From an uncultured delta proteobacterium (GTDB lineage: Bacteria > Desulfobacterota > Binatia > UBA9968), in contig CAVUZH010000024.1 in the NCBI GenBank assembly GCA_963745835.1, positions 288,001-352,000 on the forward strand: a DNA stretch of 64,000 bases. Direction: 5' to 3'. The translations under genes and the position numbers were made by a program. Position 1 is the first letter of the stretch, and every line of letters starts with the position of its first letter. Of this stretch, positions 1 to 12,068 are shown piece after piece. Below the pieces are notes generated by a model. It was not told where the DNA came from. It ran no database searches and worked only from the letters and a program-made list of their open reading frames with translations.

Positions 1-1039
1 CTGTGTCGAGCCACTTTCTCGCATCTTCAATATAGGCCTTATTCGCAACCACCACCGGTTTGACGTTGGGGCCCCAGCCGTTTTCGATAGACGTTTTGGA
101 TTTGAATCCTTTCCGGGAACTCGCTCTACCGATCGCGTCGATCGCGGCTTGCCCTTCGGGCGAGGTCAGCCATTCGGCGAACAGTTTAGCGGCCATTGGA
201 TGGGGCGGGTTGGCGTAGATCGCGGCCTGCTGAGGTGAAACCACCGGCGGAGCGCCTCTGGCGAAATCGATCGGACTGCCTATGTTCTTTTCGCGAACGA
301 CGTCGTGGAAAAGCGCCGGCATCGCAATCGAATATTCGCCTGCGACGGCAAGCCGAATCATCGCGCTGGTGCTTTTGTGAATCGTAACATTCAAAGCCTT
401 GAGCCCCTTGATGAATTTAGTCCAGCGCGCGTCGTCCTTCCACTCATCCTTGAAGGCGGCGAGCATCCCGCTTAGCGGGCCCGCTCTCATGGGATCGTCC
501 AAGGCGACGTTCCCTTTGTATTTTGGATTGGTTACGTCCTCCCAGCTCTTCGGCGCCTCTTCCGATTTCAGCTTCCTGGTGTTGTAAGCGAGCGCCTGAA
601 TCTGCAGGCTGACCACCGGGGCGATGGCATCGTGCACGATCAAGGAATTGCCCTGCACGGTTGCATAAGGTTCGGAGGCGCCGGCGGCGTGGAGAACCAG
701 CGGCGCTTCGGTGAGAATCACATCAACGCTCGCCTGCTTGCCTTGGTATTCTGTCAAGGTTCGCGTCGTGACTTCCGATCTCGTCGCCTGCCAGTAGGAA
801 GTGTTGATGCCGGGAAACCGTTTGCTGAAGGCCTCCGATAACGCGCGAATATGATCGACATCCCAAACCGTATAGACGACCAGCGCTCCCTCCTGTTTCG
901 CCTTGGGATAGAACTCTTTCGCCAGTTTTTCGAAGCGGGGATCGGTTTCGGGTCGGCCCTGAGCGATCGCAGAAGTGTTGGTCAATGCCAGGGCGAACAC
1001 GACGCAGAGGAAAGACGGCAACAGTAGGTTCTTCACCAT
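1..1039 (-). CDS. ABC transporter extracellular solute-binding protein (Fe3+/thiamine-type), 3'-truncated by the window edge
   Basis: Manual translation: MVKNLLLPSFLCVVFALALTNTSAIAQ signal peptide, AKQEGALVVY, and PPHPMAAKLFAEWLTSPEGQ near the C-terminus; no stop codon in the window. Confidence 0.85.
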   Translation of the reverse strand, partial: MVKNLLLPSFLCVVFALALTNTSAIAQGRPETDPRFEKLAKEFYPKAKQEGALVVYTVWDVDHIRALSEAFSKRFPGINTSYWQATRSEVTTRTLTEYQGKQASVDVILTEAPLVLHAAGASEPYATVQGNSLIVHDAIAPVVSLQIQALAYNTRKLKSEEAPKSWEDVTNPKYKGNVALDDPMRAGPLSGMLAAFKDEWKDDARWTKFIKGLKALNVTIHKSTSAMIRLAVAGEYSIAMPALFHDVVREKNIGSPIDFARGAPPVVSPQQAAIYANPPHPMAAKLFAEWLTSPEGQAAIDAIGRASSRKGFKSKTSIENGWGPNVKPVVVANKAYIEDARKWLDT

Positions 1040-1286
1040 GCCCGGTTCCTTTCTTCTGTTCGAGTGAAACACCCGAACAGTTTAAATGGTTCGAAACCTT
1101 TGACGGTCTCAAACCGTCGCCGCTGGTGGAATAATTTCTTCTGGTTCCTTTTAAGACTATCGCCAACGCGCAAACCTATTCGATTCACAGTCTTTTGGTC
1201 AAGGAGGAAGTAGTGAAGCGAATGTGGTGTCTCCTTACCTCTCTGTTACTTTTACCTTTGCCTTCTGCCCGGATCTTTCACGGAAA

Positions 1287-3693
1287 TTACTTGATGGCTC
1301 CTTTTTCCTTCAACTCTGCGATTTGTGCCCTACTCAAACCTAGAATCTCACCGAATACTTGATCATTATTCGCGCCGATCCAGGGCGCCGCACGCGCAGC
1401 ACTGGCCGCGGAAAGAGAAGGAATGCCGGGCAAGCCGTGGTGCGTGATTTTGCCCCATGGCTGGGCTTCGGTTTCAACGATATGGCCGCGGGCGCGCAGG
1501 TGGATGTCGTGAAACAGATCTTCCCCGGACGATGGAATTCCAGCCGCGACGCCGGACTCTTGTAGCATTCGAAATAGCTGTTTTGCCGTGTATTTACATG
1601 CCCATTGTGAAAGTTTTTGATCGAGCTCTTCACGATGCTGCTTGCGAGCTTTGTGGGTAGCGAACTTGTCATCAGCAGCCCAGGAGGATTTGCCAATCAA
1701 ATCCACCATGCTGCGCCACTCTTCGTCGCCGGCACAAGCGATGATAATCCAATTATCCTCACCTGCGGATTGATAGCAGCCGTAGGGCGCGTAGGGTTCG
1801 CCGAGAATTTCTCGGTAGCCCATCGCGTCCCATTCGTTGCGGTTGATTGTGTAGTCGAGAATTGCCGGTCCCATCATCGAGCCCTGGGCTTCGAGCATGC
1901 CGGCTTCGATGAATTGCCCCTTGCCCGTGCGGGCTTGATATTCCAACGCTGCGAGCACACCGAGCGCCATGGTCACCGAGCCGACCCGATCGGGCCAAGC
2001 AATCTTGCAGCGGGTTTCCATGGGTGAATCGGGGTAACCCCAGAGGCGCATGATCCCGGTGTAGGCGAGGAGCTGCCAGCCCCACGCGACCCATGACTTC
2101 AGCGGCCCCGTTAGTCCCCAACCGGGCATCACCGCTTGGACGATTCGGGGATTGATCCGTTCCAATGTCTCGAAGCTGAAGCCCAGACGATCCAAAACGC
2201 CGGAGCTAAAATTATCGACAACCACATCGGACTTCTCGACTAATTCTTTGAAAAGTTCTTTGCCCTCAGGACTCCGCAGATTGATCGTGCAACCGAGCTT
2301 ACCGCGATTCATACAGGCGTGTACCGCGGCTTCACGTTCTTTACTTGCGCACGACCGCAGACTCGATTTTCACCACTTCCATGCCGTAGTAGGCTAACAG
2401 TTCGGTACCGAGTGGACCGGCATATTGCTGCGTCAGGTCGGCCATACGCAGCCCGGCCAGCATCGGCTGGCGCATTCGATTTGCATCACTTCGATCGGTT
2501 GACTTGCCGGGAGCGACTTTTCCAAGTTCCGCAAGAATTTCCTTTCGGTGCTGATCCAACAAAGGGGCCGCACGGCGCACCCGCATCGGCGTCAGCGATA
2601 AACGCATGGGCGCGCCCGGCGCCTTGTACTTGCCGATCACCGGATGCTCGATTTCCTGCAGCCATCCGCGCACGCGGTTTTGTTCACAGTCGACAAACTC
2701 GCCGATCGTATTGAGCGGCGCGGCGGCGAGGTGGCGCGCCTGCGCCTGGTTAGCAAAATCGTCAGCATCGAATTGGCCAATGAAATTAGAGAATGCTCTG
2801 GCGACTTCCTCGGCATGCTGATCGCGGTAACGCGAGTTCTCCCACTCCGGCCCGGCCAGCGTTTTGTCGGTCATCCAATTCTGCGCGAACTCTTTCCACA
2901 TGTGCGGCATGTTGGTGGTGAAATGAACATAGCGGCCATCCTTGCAGCGATAGATGTTGGTGCCGGCGCCGCCATATGCTTTGCCGCCGGGCCGGCGCTC
3001 GAGGCGATTTTCCCGGCTGTAACGCGCAATCGAGCTGCTATTCGTGAACGTCAGCGCTTCTTGCAACGAGACATCGATTCGCTGGCCCGCGCCCGTTTCT
3101 CTGGCGTGACGGATTCCGGCTAATCCCAACATCGCCGCCATCGCGCCGGCTACTTGATAGGCGAGATGGCTTGGGGCGGTGCACTGCCCTTTGGTGTTGT
3201 CGCCCTGGCCAAAAAGAAAACCACCAGTGGCGTTGGCGATGGCGTCGCTTCCTTTGTAATGCCGGTATAGTCCGGTCCTGCCGAATGGGGTTATCGAAAC
3301 GACAACCAGATGGGAGAAGTCTCTGGCGAAGCGCTCATCGGTGAAGCCAAACTTCTCCAGATAGCCAAGCGGCGTCGCTTCGATGAGGAGATTCGCGGAA
3401 GCGAGCAGCCGGGCGAAGCTCTCACGGTCGGCATCAGCTGCCAAATCAAGAACGATGCTACGCTTGTTGGTATTAGCATGAATGAAGGTAAGGCTGCGCT
3501 CGCGATCCTCGACATTACCGGCAAAGGGCGGCAGCAGGCGGCTGGGATCGCCGCCGGGTGGTTCGACCTTGATCACGTCTGCGCCAAGATCCGCCAGCCA
3601 ACGTGTCGCATAGGACGCGGGAATGTCACCCAGCTCGATGATCCGGAGGTGATCTAGCGCCGAGTCAGAATTAGTTTCACTGTCGCCAGTCAA
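1287..3693 (-). CDS. Tandem two-domain family III (CaiB/BaiF) CoA-transferase, split by a frameshift near 2335
   Basis: ORFs 2341-3693 and 1287-2312; LADLGADVIKVEPPGGD and NTNKRSIVLDL; second domain LLAYYGMEVVKIES continues as NRGKLGCTINLRSPEG. Confidence 0.85.
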
Positions 3694-3926
3694 TTGTTGT
3701 CCTTTCGATTCTTCAAGCCCTCACCCTTCCCTCTTCCCGTAAACGGGCGAGGGTAAAAAAAGCCGGATGTTGCTTGTTAACTAACAGGTAGCTGGAAAAA
3801 TATTTCTAAGTCTGGGAAAGATCCAGATCTGTGCTTTCCACGCCTTGAACGGCTGGAACGTTTTGAACGGCTGGAACATATTAAATTCAAAAAAGCCCAG
3901 TATTGTTTTTAACATTCTGTTTGGGA

Positions 3927-4937
3927 TCACTTGCTTAAGTTGACCAGCACCCTGCCGCGAATTCCACCTTTGAGAATTTCGTCTATCTTAGGATTCAACT
4001 CTTCCAATGAACATTCGGTTATAAGATCGCCTGACATGTCCAGTTTCCACTCGGTGGCAAGCTTCTGCCATACGCGCGCGCGAGTGGTCATCGGGATCTC
4101 GACCGAATCCACCCCAAGCAGACTGACTCCGCGCAAAATAAACGGGAACACGCTCACTGATAGATCAGCGGACATGACATTGCCGCAAGCCGTGACGAGG
4201 CCACCGTATTTTGCTGACTTGAGCGCGGTGGCCAGGATGTTACCGCCGACGGTGTCGACCGCGCCAGCCCAGCGGCCTTTCTGAAGCGGCCTTCCTGAGG
4301 TGTCATTAGCCTCGTCGCGCGAGATGATGGTTTTGGCGCCGAGCCCGGTGAGGAAATCTTTTTCGGCTGCTTTGCCGGTGGCGGCAACCACGTCGAAACC
4401 TAACTTGGCGAGAATCCCCACCGCGACGCTGCCGACTCCGCCGGTGGCGCCGGTCACCAGCACTTCACCGGCTTCCTTGTTGAGACCTCCTGCCAGTAAT
4501 CTCATCACGCACAACGCCGCGGTAAAGCCGGCAGTGCCGTAGCCCATGCTGTCTCGCAACGATAGCCCCGCCGGCAACTTCACCGCCCATCCCGCCGGCA
4601 CGCTAATGTACTGGCCAAAACCGCCGGCGGTATTCATCCCCAGATCATATCCCATGACGATGACCTCGCTACCGACGGCGATGTCTCTGCTGGTGGAATT
4701 GACGACAACCCCGGCGGCATCGATGCCGGGCGTGTGCGGATACTTCCGAGTGACTCCTTTATTGCCGGTAGCCGATAGCGCATCCTTATAGTTCAACGAG
4801 GAATATTTAACCTCGATGACCAGTTCACCGGCGGGCAAATCGCCCAGAGCCAACTGCTTTATCTCTCGCGAAAACTTTTTGTCCGCGGTCTCGGAAACAA
4901 TCATTGCTTTGAAACTCTGTGGTAACGGCATGCTCAT
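3927..4937 (-). CDS. acuI: YhdH/AcuI-family NADPH quinone oxidoreductase (acryloyl-CoA reductase-like)
   Basis: YSSLNYKDAL, PGIDAAG, GTAGFTAAL, VTGATGGVGS and PFILRGVSLLGVDS motifs. Confidence 0.85.
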   Translation of the reverse strand: MSMPLPQSFKAMIVSETADKKFSREIKQLALGDLPAGELVIEVKYSSLNYKDALSATGNKGVTRKYPHTPGIDAAGVVVNSTSRDIAVGSEVIVMGYDLGMNTAGGFGQYISVPAGWAVKLPAGLSLRDSMGYGTAGFTAALCVMRLLAGGLNKEAGEVLVTGATGGVGSVAVGILAKLGFDVVAATGKAAEKDFLTGLGAKTIISRDEANDTSGRPLQKGRWAGAVDTVGGNILATALKSAKYGGLVTACGNVMSADLSVSVFPFILRGVSLLGVDSVEIPMTTRARVWQKLATEWKLDMSGDLITECSLEELNPKIDEILKGGIRGRVLVNLSK

Positions 4938-5156
4938 TACTCCTCATCCCAGATAAGATAGTCACAGCAAGCGAGTACATAATCTGTAGCCCAAACTGTC
5001 AAGAGCCCTGGAAAGGATTGCGCCGGCCCGGCAGGCTCAAGGCGAAGATCATCTGCGTAGCGAAAGATTCGCCGCGCGAGATCGATGGAAGAAGTCCTGC
5101 AACTTGCTTGCAATAGGTATTCGGTTCAGGGCAAAGTGGAGCTTGGAGGAATTCTT

Positions 5157-6275
5157 ATGGCAACCGACAAAACGGGTGGCTTAGCTGGAATCATTGCCGG
5201 TAACACGTCGATTGCGACCGTCGGCAAAGAAGGCAAAGGACTTACCTATCGCGGCTACTCGATCTATGACCTAGCCGAGCACTCGACCTTCGAAGAAGTC
5301 GCCTATCTGCTGATCTACGGCAAGCTGCCGAGCGGATCACAGCTGCGCGAATACAAAGAGACCTTGCGCAAGCAGCGCGGATTATCGTCGCCGCTCAAAG
5401 CTGTACTCGAACACATACCGGGCAGCACGCACCCGATGGACGTCTTGCGCACCGCGTGTTCCATGCTCGGAACTCTCGAGCCCGAGAATAAAGAACACGA
5501 TCAGATCGCCATCGCCAACCGGCTGACCGCATGCTTTAGCTCGATGCTTTTGTACTGGCATCAGTACGTCAATAGCGGCAAACGCATCGATACCAAAACC
5601 GAGGACGACAGCACCGCCGGCCATTTCCTGCATCTCCTGCACGGCAAAAAGCCGGACGAGCTATGCCGCCGCGCCGTCGACGTGTCGTTGATTCTTTATG
5701 CCGAGCATGAATTTAATGCCTCGACCTTTACCGCGCGCACCATCGCCTCCACCTTGCCGGATTTTTATTCCGCGATAACCGGCGCCATCGGCGCTTTACG
5801 CGGTCCCCTGCACGGCGGCGCCAATGAGGCTGCCATGGAGTTGCTGGAAAAATATTCCACCCCGGAGGAAGCTGAGAGCGGAATTCTCGAAATGACTGCC
5901 GCCAAAAAGCTGGTCATGGGTTTTGGGCATCGCGTGTATAAAATCTCTGATCCGCGCTCCGACGTGATCAAAGCATGGGCCAAAAAGCTCGCCGATGCTC
6001 AGGGCGACAAGAAGCTCTACGCAGTATCGGAACGGGTCGAGCAGGTCATGCGGCGAGAAAAAAAAATGTTTCCCAATTTGGATTTCTACAGCGCCAGCGC
6101 CTATCACTTCTGCGGCATCCCGACCGCGATGTTCACACCGTTGTTCGTGGTTTCGCGCATCACCGGTTGGGCCGCGCATATCATCGAACAGCGCGCCGAC
6201 AACCGGCTCATTCGCCCCAACGCAGACTACGTCGGTCCCGACCCGCGGCCTTACGTGCCCATGGCGGACCGCTAG
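5157..6275 (+). CDS. prpC: 2-methylcitrate synthase
   Basis: LYAEHEFNASTF, GPLHGGANE, MGFGHRVY and FPNLDFY motifs; adjacent to prpD; GGAGG RBS before ATG 5157. Confidence 0.9.
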   Translation: MATDKTGGLAGIIAGNTSIATVGKEGKGLTYRGYSIYDLAEHSTFEEVAYLLIYGKLPSGSQLREYKETLRKQRGLSSPLKAVLEHIPGSTHPMDVLRTACSMLGTLEPENKEHDQIAIANRLTACFSSMLLYWHQYVNSGKRIDTKTEDDSTAGHFLHLLHGKKPDELCRRAVDVSLILYAEHEFNASTFTARTIASTLPDFYSAITGAIGALRGPLHGGANEAAMELLEKYSTPEEAESGILEMTAAKKLVMGFGHRVYKISDPRSDVIKAWAKKLADAQGDKKLYAVSERVEQVMRREKKMFPNLDFYSASAYHFCGIPTAMFTPLFVVSRITGWAAHIIEQRADNRLIRPNADYVGPDPRPYVPMADR

Positions 6276-6426
6276 CAGGCTGCTGAAGAAGACTCATATG
6301 CTTCGTTGGGCTCTAATCGTCTCGCTTCGACGTACTGAAGAGTACGCCTTCGCTCGCCGATTTTTCGCCCGTCTCGCCTCTGAGTCTTTTGAGCAGCCTA
6401 TAATCAGAGCTTTCAGCAAACCGCTA
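6276..6426. mobile_element. MITE-like dispersed repeat, copy A
   Basis: CAGGCTGCTGAAGAA...TTTTGAGCAGCCT inverted ends; reverse-complement similar to 8273-8422; abuts the prpC TAG stop. Confidence 0.7.
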
Positions 6427-6682
6427 CTTAGCTTTGATGCACCATCGTTCGAGAAACTACGTCACGATGGCGATCGAGGAGTGAGCTCGGAGAAGCGAAG
6501 TCGCAGAGTGAAAAGGTTCAATGATGTTTAGGGTGCTTGGCAATGAACTCCAGGTGCTTTTCAGCAAGCCGCGCTTCAGCAATATCGTTCGCAGGCTGCC
6601 TCAAGATGGAGGCTCATCGCCTTCGCTCCGGAGAGTTCGCTCCTTGATCGTTACTTGCCCGTAAAAAACTCAGATCAGCCTT

Positions 6683-8122
6683 ATGACTTCAACGACTTCC
6701 AATATCCGTCCATCCCCTGATGCGCTTTTGCTTGAGATCGCCGCTTACGCGGCTGATTACGTATCCAGCAGCGCAGAGGCCATCGATACCGCTCGCTATT
6801 GTTTTATGGACACCCTGGGCTGCGGACTCCTGGCACTGCGTTATCCGGAGTGCACAAACCAGCTTGGGCCGGTCGTTCCCGGAGCGTTGCTGCCCAATGG
6901 CGCACGGGTTCCCGGCACGCCCTGGCAGCTCGATCCGGTGCATGCCGCTTTCAATATCGGCGCGATGATTCGCTGGCTCGACTTCAATGACACATGGCTG
7001 GCCGCCGAGTGGGGCCACCCCTCGGACAATCTCGGCGGCATTTTGGCTCTAGCCGATTACTTGACTCGCTCGGGGCAACGCTCGTTCACGATCGGCGATG
7101 TCCTTACCGCCATGATCAAAGCGCACGAAATTCAGGGGGTCCTCGCGCTGGAGAATAGTTTCAACCGCGTCGGCCTCGATCACGTCTTGCTGGTCCGAGT
7201 TGCGACCGCCGCGGTGGCAAGCGCAATGCTCGGCGGCGGCCGAGAGCAGATCGTCAGCGCTCTTTCCAATGCATGGAGTGATGGCGGCAGCTTGCGCCTA
7301 TACCGTCACGCGCCCAATACCGGCCCGCGCAAATCCTGGGCTGCGGGCGATGCCACCAGCAGAGGAGTGCGTCTCGCGCTGATGGCAATGCGCGGCGAGA
7401 TCGGCTATCCGTCTGCGCTGTCGGCTAAAGAGTGGGGCTTCTATGACGTGCTGTTTCATGGCAATTCATTCAAGCTCGGCCGGCCCTTCGGCTCCTACGT
7501 GATGGAGAATATTCTTTTCAAGGTTTCCTATCCGGCGGAATTTCACGCGCAAACGGCGGTGGAATGCGCCTTGCGGCTACACCAGCAAGTCAGTCCCCGA
7601 CTTGAAGCCATCGCGAAGGTTCGGATTACCACGCACGAATCGGCGATACGCATCATCGATAAAACGGGACCGCTCTACAATCCAGCCGATCGCGATCACT
7701 GTTTGCAATACATGACCGCCATCGGTCTCATCTTCGGCGACCTGACGGCCGATCATTACCAAGATGCAGTGGCCAAAGACCCGCGCATCGATGCCCTGCG
7801 TTCCAAAATGGAAGTTGTCGAAGATCCGCGTTATTCGAAAGAGTACCTCGATCCCGACAAGCGCTCGATCGCCAATGCGGTCCAGGTTTTTTTCACTGAC
7901 GGTTCTGCCACTGAAAACATCGCGGTCGAGTACCCCGTTGGCCATCGCCGGCGCCGCGCCGAAGGCATACCGCTGCTGGTCAAAAAATTTGAAACCAATC
8001 TGGCTTCGCGGCTGGCGCCTTCCTGGAGCAAAAAGATTCTCGAGCTGTGCCTGGATTTGAAAGCCTTGCACTCAACTCCCGTCGATGTTTTCACCGACAT
8101 GTTCATCGTACACTCCGCATGA
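6683..8122 (+). CDS. prpD: 2-methylcitrate dehydratase
   Basis: [43 protein letters not shown] and [11 protein letters not shown] motifs. Confidence 0.95.
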   Translation: MTSTTSNIRPSPDALLLEIAAYAADYVSSSAEAIDTARYCFMDTLGCGLLALRYPECTNQLGPVVPGALLPNGARVPGTPWQLDPVHAAFNIGAMIRWLDFNDTWLAAEWGHPSDNLGGILALADYLTRSGQRSFTIGDVLTAMIKAHEIQGVLALENSFNRVGLDHVLLVRVATAAVASAMLGGGREQIVSALSNAWSDGGSLRLYRHAPNTGPRKSWAAGDATSRGVRLALMAMRGEIGYPSALSAKEWGFYDVLFHGNSFKLGRPFGSYVMENILFKVSYPAEFHAQTAVECALRLHQQVSPRLEAIAKVRITTHESAIRIIDKTGPLYNPADRDHCLQYMTAIGLIFGDLTADHYQDAVAKDPRIDALRSKMEVVEDPRYSKEYLDPDKRSIANAVQVFFTDGSATENIAVEYPVGHRRRRAEGIPLLVKKFETNLASRLAPSWSKKILELCLDLKALHSTPVDVFTDMFIVHSA

Positions 8123-8272
8123 ATTTAATGCCAAATTTGCAGGGGAGATGGCCAACCGTGCACCGATTGAGGTGAGGCGCCCTACGGGATCTCCAATGGC
8201 AAATCTCAGATCTCAAAATGACAAAGTTGAAACCTGGGATCTGAAATCTGAGATTCGGAGCATAGCCAGGAC

Positions 8273-8422
8273 TAACAGGTTGCTGAAGAACTCTGGTTGC
8301 AGGCTGCTCAAAAAGATCCAAAGGCGAGGCGCGCGAGAAATCGCCGAGCCAAGGCGTACTTAAAGTAGTTGGAGCGAGGCGATTGAGCGCAACGAAGCAT
8401 ATGGGTTTTTTTCAGCAGCCTG
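8273..8422. mobile_element. MITE-like dispersed repeat, copy B
   Basis: CAGGCTGCTCAAAAA...TTTTTCAGCAGCCTG terminal inverted repeats. Confidence 0.7.
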
Positions 8423-8512
8423 CTGGACCTATTGCTTTTGCTCGGGAGGGGCTCGCCCTCACTCGCTGTGCCATTTTGAAAATTTTTTACGAAAAGAAAA
8501 TCGGAGAACGAA

Positions 8513-9391
8513 ATGAATTCGAGACAACTACTCAAGCAGCTGTTTAAACGTGACCGCCTTTTGGTTGCCCCTGGATGCTTCGACGGCTTGTCGGCGCGCC
8601 TGGTCGAGGAAGCCGGCTTCGAGGCCGCTTATCTAAGCGGCGGCGCGGTGGCGCGGAGCATGGGCATACCGGATATCGGCCTCGTGACTATGTCCGAGGT
8701 CATAGACCGCGCGGCGCAAGTGGTCGCCGCGGTAAAAATTCCAATTATCGCCGATGCCGACACCGGCTACGGCAATGCGGTGAATTTAGTGCGCAGCGTC
8801 AGAGAATTCGAGCGGACCGGCGTTGCCGCAATCCACATCGAAGACCAAATCACGCCCAAGCGCTGCGGTCACCTCGACGGCAAAGAAGTGATCCCGCTGG
8901 CTGAAATGGAAAAGAAACTGCAAGCTGCGCTGGCCAACCGCAGCGATCCCGATTTCTCGATTATCGCGCGCACGGATGCGCGCGGCGTGCATGGCTTCGA
9001 TGATGCGATTCGGAGGGGCAGAGCCTTTGCTGAGCTTGGAGTCGATGCCGTTTTTGTCGAAGCGCCGCAGTCTGAAGCCGAACTGGAGGAGATTCCTCGC
9101 GCCCTTGCCAACGTGCCGCTGCTGGTGAATGTTTTCAAAGGCGGCAAAACTCCCATGCTACCGGTTGAACGCCTGCAGCAGATGGGTTACCGCATCGCCA
9201 TCTATCCGTCCGAAACGCAAAGAGCCGCGATCCACGCCATGAGGCAGGCGCTCGGACTGCTTAAGCGCGAGGGCACGACGGAAAAGATGGACGATGCGCT
9301 GACCACTTTCAAAGAGCGCGACAAAGTCGTCGGCCTCGATGAGTGGCAGCAATTGGAAAAACAATATCTGGCGCCAAACGAAAGATCCTGA
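8513..9391 (+). CDS. prpB: Isocitrate lyase/PEP mutase family protein, probably 2-methylisocitrate lyase
   Basis: DADTGYG, IEDQ, KRCGH and IARTDA motifs; downstream of prpC-prpD. Confidence 0.75.
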   Translation: MNSRQLLKQLFKRDRLLVAPGCFDGLSARLVEEAGFEAAYLSGGAVARSMGIPDIGLVTMSEVIDRAAQVVAAVKIPIIADADTGYGNAVNLVRSVREFERTGVAAIHIEDQITPKRCGHLDGKEVIPLAEMEKKLQAALANRSDPDFSIIARTDARGVHGFDDAIRRGRAFAELGVDAVFVEAPQSEAELEEIPRALANVPLLVNVFKGGKTPMLPVERLQQMGYRIAIYPSETQRAAIHAMRQALGLLKREGTTEKMDDALTTFKERDKVVGLDEWQQLEKQYLAPNERS

Positions 9392-9447
9392 TTCGGAAAG
9401 CTGTTCGAGCGGATCTTCCTAAACCTTTAAAGAGCGCCTTTCACAGA

Positions 9448-10614
9448 TCAATTGGCTGCCATCAGCCGGATCCCATAAAGCTTCGAGACATTCACGTCGA
9501 GCTTACGCCAGCTATCACCGGCATCGTTGCTCGCATAGATCGAACCGTCGGTATAGCTCACGCACACGGTCTTGCCATCCTGCGGATGCAAAGCAAAGCC
9601 GCAAGTCATGTGTGGGTAAGATTGCGGCAATCCGTTGTTCAGGCGGCGCCAGGTTTCTCCGGCATCATCGCTGCGCAAGATTCCGGTTTTCGCGCCGCCG
9701 AGTTTCTCCGAAGTATCCCGACTGAACTTGATCGTATTATACGGCCCGGCGCGCACCGTGCGGTGACCGAGCCATGAGGTTGGTCCATTTTCAGCCGCGC
9801 CAAGAAATATTCTGTCCGGTGCGTCGCGATGGATTGCAATCGGAATGGCGTAGGCCCGCCCCATACCGTACTCCGCCTTGCTCCAGGATTTACCGTCGTC
9901 GTCGGAGCGGTAAGTGCCGATGCCGGTGGTTGCATAGAGTCGATTCGTTTTACGTGGATGACGCAGAACCCAGTGCACGTCGCGGTAGACTCGACCCTCT
10001 TCATGCTGTCCCATCTGGTAGGGCTTGATACCCGCCGGATCGTTGTACTCCGGATAGGCCATCGCACTCTGCGGACCGCTGATATCCTGCCAACTCTCGC
10101 CGCGATCCCGGCTGCACGCGATACCGCCTTCTTCGATACCGACGATGATCTCGTCCGGGAACCGCGCGTCCAGCGCAAAGCAACGAATGTGAGCCGTGTG
10201 CGGCGCCGGAGGAAAAGTCCATTTGCCATATTCAGGCAACTTGCGAAATGCGGAGAGCTCTCGAAACGAGCGGCCGCCATTTTCGCTGACGTAGACAGCG
10301 GCGGGCAATGTGCCGACATAGATTTGGTCGCACCGGCTGGGGTCGACCTCCATCGCCCAGATATCGCGGAAATCGATGCCTCCAGAGGGAAGCCACTTCC
10401 AATGCGCGCCGCCATCTTCGCTGACGTGGATTTCCGTCATTGTCGCCGCATAAAGATGATTTCGCTCGAAAGGATCTTGGACCACCTCACGAAGAACTTC
10501 GCCAGCCAACGCGCTATTAAGAATTTCAACATGCTCCGATCGACCGTCCCAGCCGCAGCGGATCAGTCCTTCCGCCGTGAGCAAATACAGATGGAGTTCG
10601 TTACTCGTAACCAT
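9448..10614 (-). CDS. BNR/Asp-box beta-propeller protein
   Basis: Repeated S-x-D-x-G-x-x-W boxes (SEDGGAHW, SRDRGESW, SDDDGKSW, SDDAGETW, SNDAGDSW); GGAGG RBS. Confidence 0.8.
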   Translation of the reverse strand: MVTSNELHLYLLTAEGLIRCGWDGRSEHVEILNSALAGEVLREVVQDPFERNHLYAATMTEIHVSEDGGAHWKWLPSGGIDFRDIWAMEVDPSRCDQIYVGTLPAAVYVSENGGRSFRELSAFRKLPEYGKWTFPPAPHTAHIRCFALDARFPDEIIVGIEEGGIACSRDRGESWQDISGPQSAMAYPEYNDPAGIKPYQMGQHEEGRVYRDVHWVLRHPRKTNRLYATTGIGTYRSDDDGKSWSKAEYGMGRAYAIPIAIHRDAPDRIFLGAAENGPTSWLGHRTVRAGPYNTIKFSRDTSEKLGGAKTGILRSDDAGETWRRLNNGLPQSYPHMTCGFALHPQDGKTVCVSYTDGSIYASNDAGDSWRKLDVNVSKLYGIRLMAAN

Positions 10615-11036
10615 AGCGGCACCTCCCATTAACAAAATTCCAAGTTTATACCCATTAAGATCAACGCGATGACTGAATAGTTGAGCCAGGCACCTGGATT
10701 CTTCCCTCGTTCATCACAGTGTATCTTAGCCGGCTATTTCTTCGGACTTGAAGCCTACGACTGCGTGGCTGCCATCGCAGGAAGGTTTGCTCTTTGTTGG
10801 CCGCAACGACAGAGATAAACCGGATCTCCAGCATCGGCGTATTCTTTGCCTTTATAGTCCAACACTTTCACTGCGCCTGAGATTTCCAATGGACCGTTTT
10901 TCAATCCTTTAACAGCACCGCCACCGGTTTCTCCTTTCGCGCCAAGCCGACGCTACTACAGAACGTGTTTCATGAAAAGGTTGTCTTTAAGTGCACGGCT
11001 CAGTATAGATTGGAGCAACATTTCGGAGGCAAACCC

Positions 11037-12047
11037 ATGCAACTTCCACCCGTGGCCGCCACGACCGTCGGCAGTTTTCCGCGTCCCGCTTGGCTGGCGA
11101 AATCGGAACGCACTCAGGTCAGGTTTCATTGGCAAGGCGACGCGCTCAAAGAGGCGCAGGACGATGCCACTCGCTTGATCCTGCAAACCCAGCAACAGAT
11201 CGGCCTCGATTTGCTGACCGACGGAGAACAACGACGGATCGGCTTTATTCACCACATCCTGGCCGCGTTCGAAGGGATCGATGTCGAAAACCAAGCAGTT
11301 AAAAAGATCTATCGCCGCCGTGAGCAGGAACACCTGGTGCCGCGCATCATCGGCAAGGTCACTCGACGCGGGTCGGTCAACGTCGAAGATTTGCGTTTCG
11401 CCAAGCGGCAAACCAGCAAACCGATCAAGATGGCCGTCCCCGGACCGATGACGGTGATCGACAGCACATTGGACGAGACCTACAACGATGAACCCGCTCT
11501 CGCCATGGACATCGCCGCCGCGATCAACTCAGAGCTATTGGAGCTGCAAGCGTCCGGATGCGATGTATTGCAAATCGACGAGCCGGCCATGACCCGCTAC
11601 CATGAAAAGGTGTTTGCGTATGGCGCCCGGGCGCTGGATCGTTGCCTCGAAGACATTCGGATTCCGACGATTGTGCATCTCTGCTACGGCTATCCCGGCG
11701 GAGCTGATCGGCAACATCAGTACGAGTATCCGGAATTGCTGGAAGAGTTAATGAAAACCAAGATCGGCGGTTTCGCCGTCGAGTTTGCGAGAAGCGCTTA
11801 CGACCCAGCGGTGCTGGGCATCTGCAAGGGTCGCAAGATCATGTTCGGCTGCGTCGATCCCAGTGATTCCCCGGTGCCGCCGGTAGAAACGGTTGTGCAG
11901 CGCGTGCGCCACGCTCTCAAATACATCGATCCGGCAAATCTGCTCTTGGCGCCGGACTGCGGCTTGATGACCATCAGCCGGGAACTCGCCGATGCCAAAG
12001 CGAAGCTGCTCGTCGACGTTGCAAAAGAGGTGCGCAAGACGATCTAA
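11037..12047 (+). CDS. Cobalamin-independent methionine synthase II family protein (MetE C-terminal-like)
   Basis: VGSFPRP, TDGEQRR, LQIDEP, HLCYG and LAPDCGL motifs. Confidence 0.85.
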   Translation: MQLPPVAATTVGSFPRPAWLAKSERTQVRFHWQGDALKEAQDDATRLILQTQQQIGLDLLTDGEQRRIGFIHHILAAFEGIDVENQAVKKIYRRREQEHLVPRIIGKVTRRGSVNVEDLRFAKRQTSKPIKMAVPGPMTVIDSTLDETYNDEPALAMDIAAAINSELLELQASGCDVLQIDEPAMTRYHEKVFAYGARALDRCLEDIRIPTIVHLCYGYPGGADRQHQYEYPELLEELMKTKIGGFAVEFARSAYDPAVLGICKGRKIMFGCVDPSDSPVPPVETVVQRVRHALKYIDPANLLLAPDCGLMTISRELADAKAKLLVDVAKEVRKTI

Positions 12048-12068
12048 ATGTAAATTTAACAGACACCA

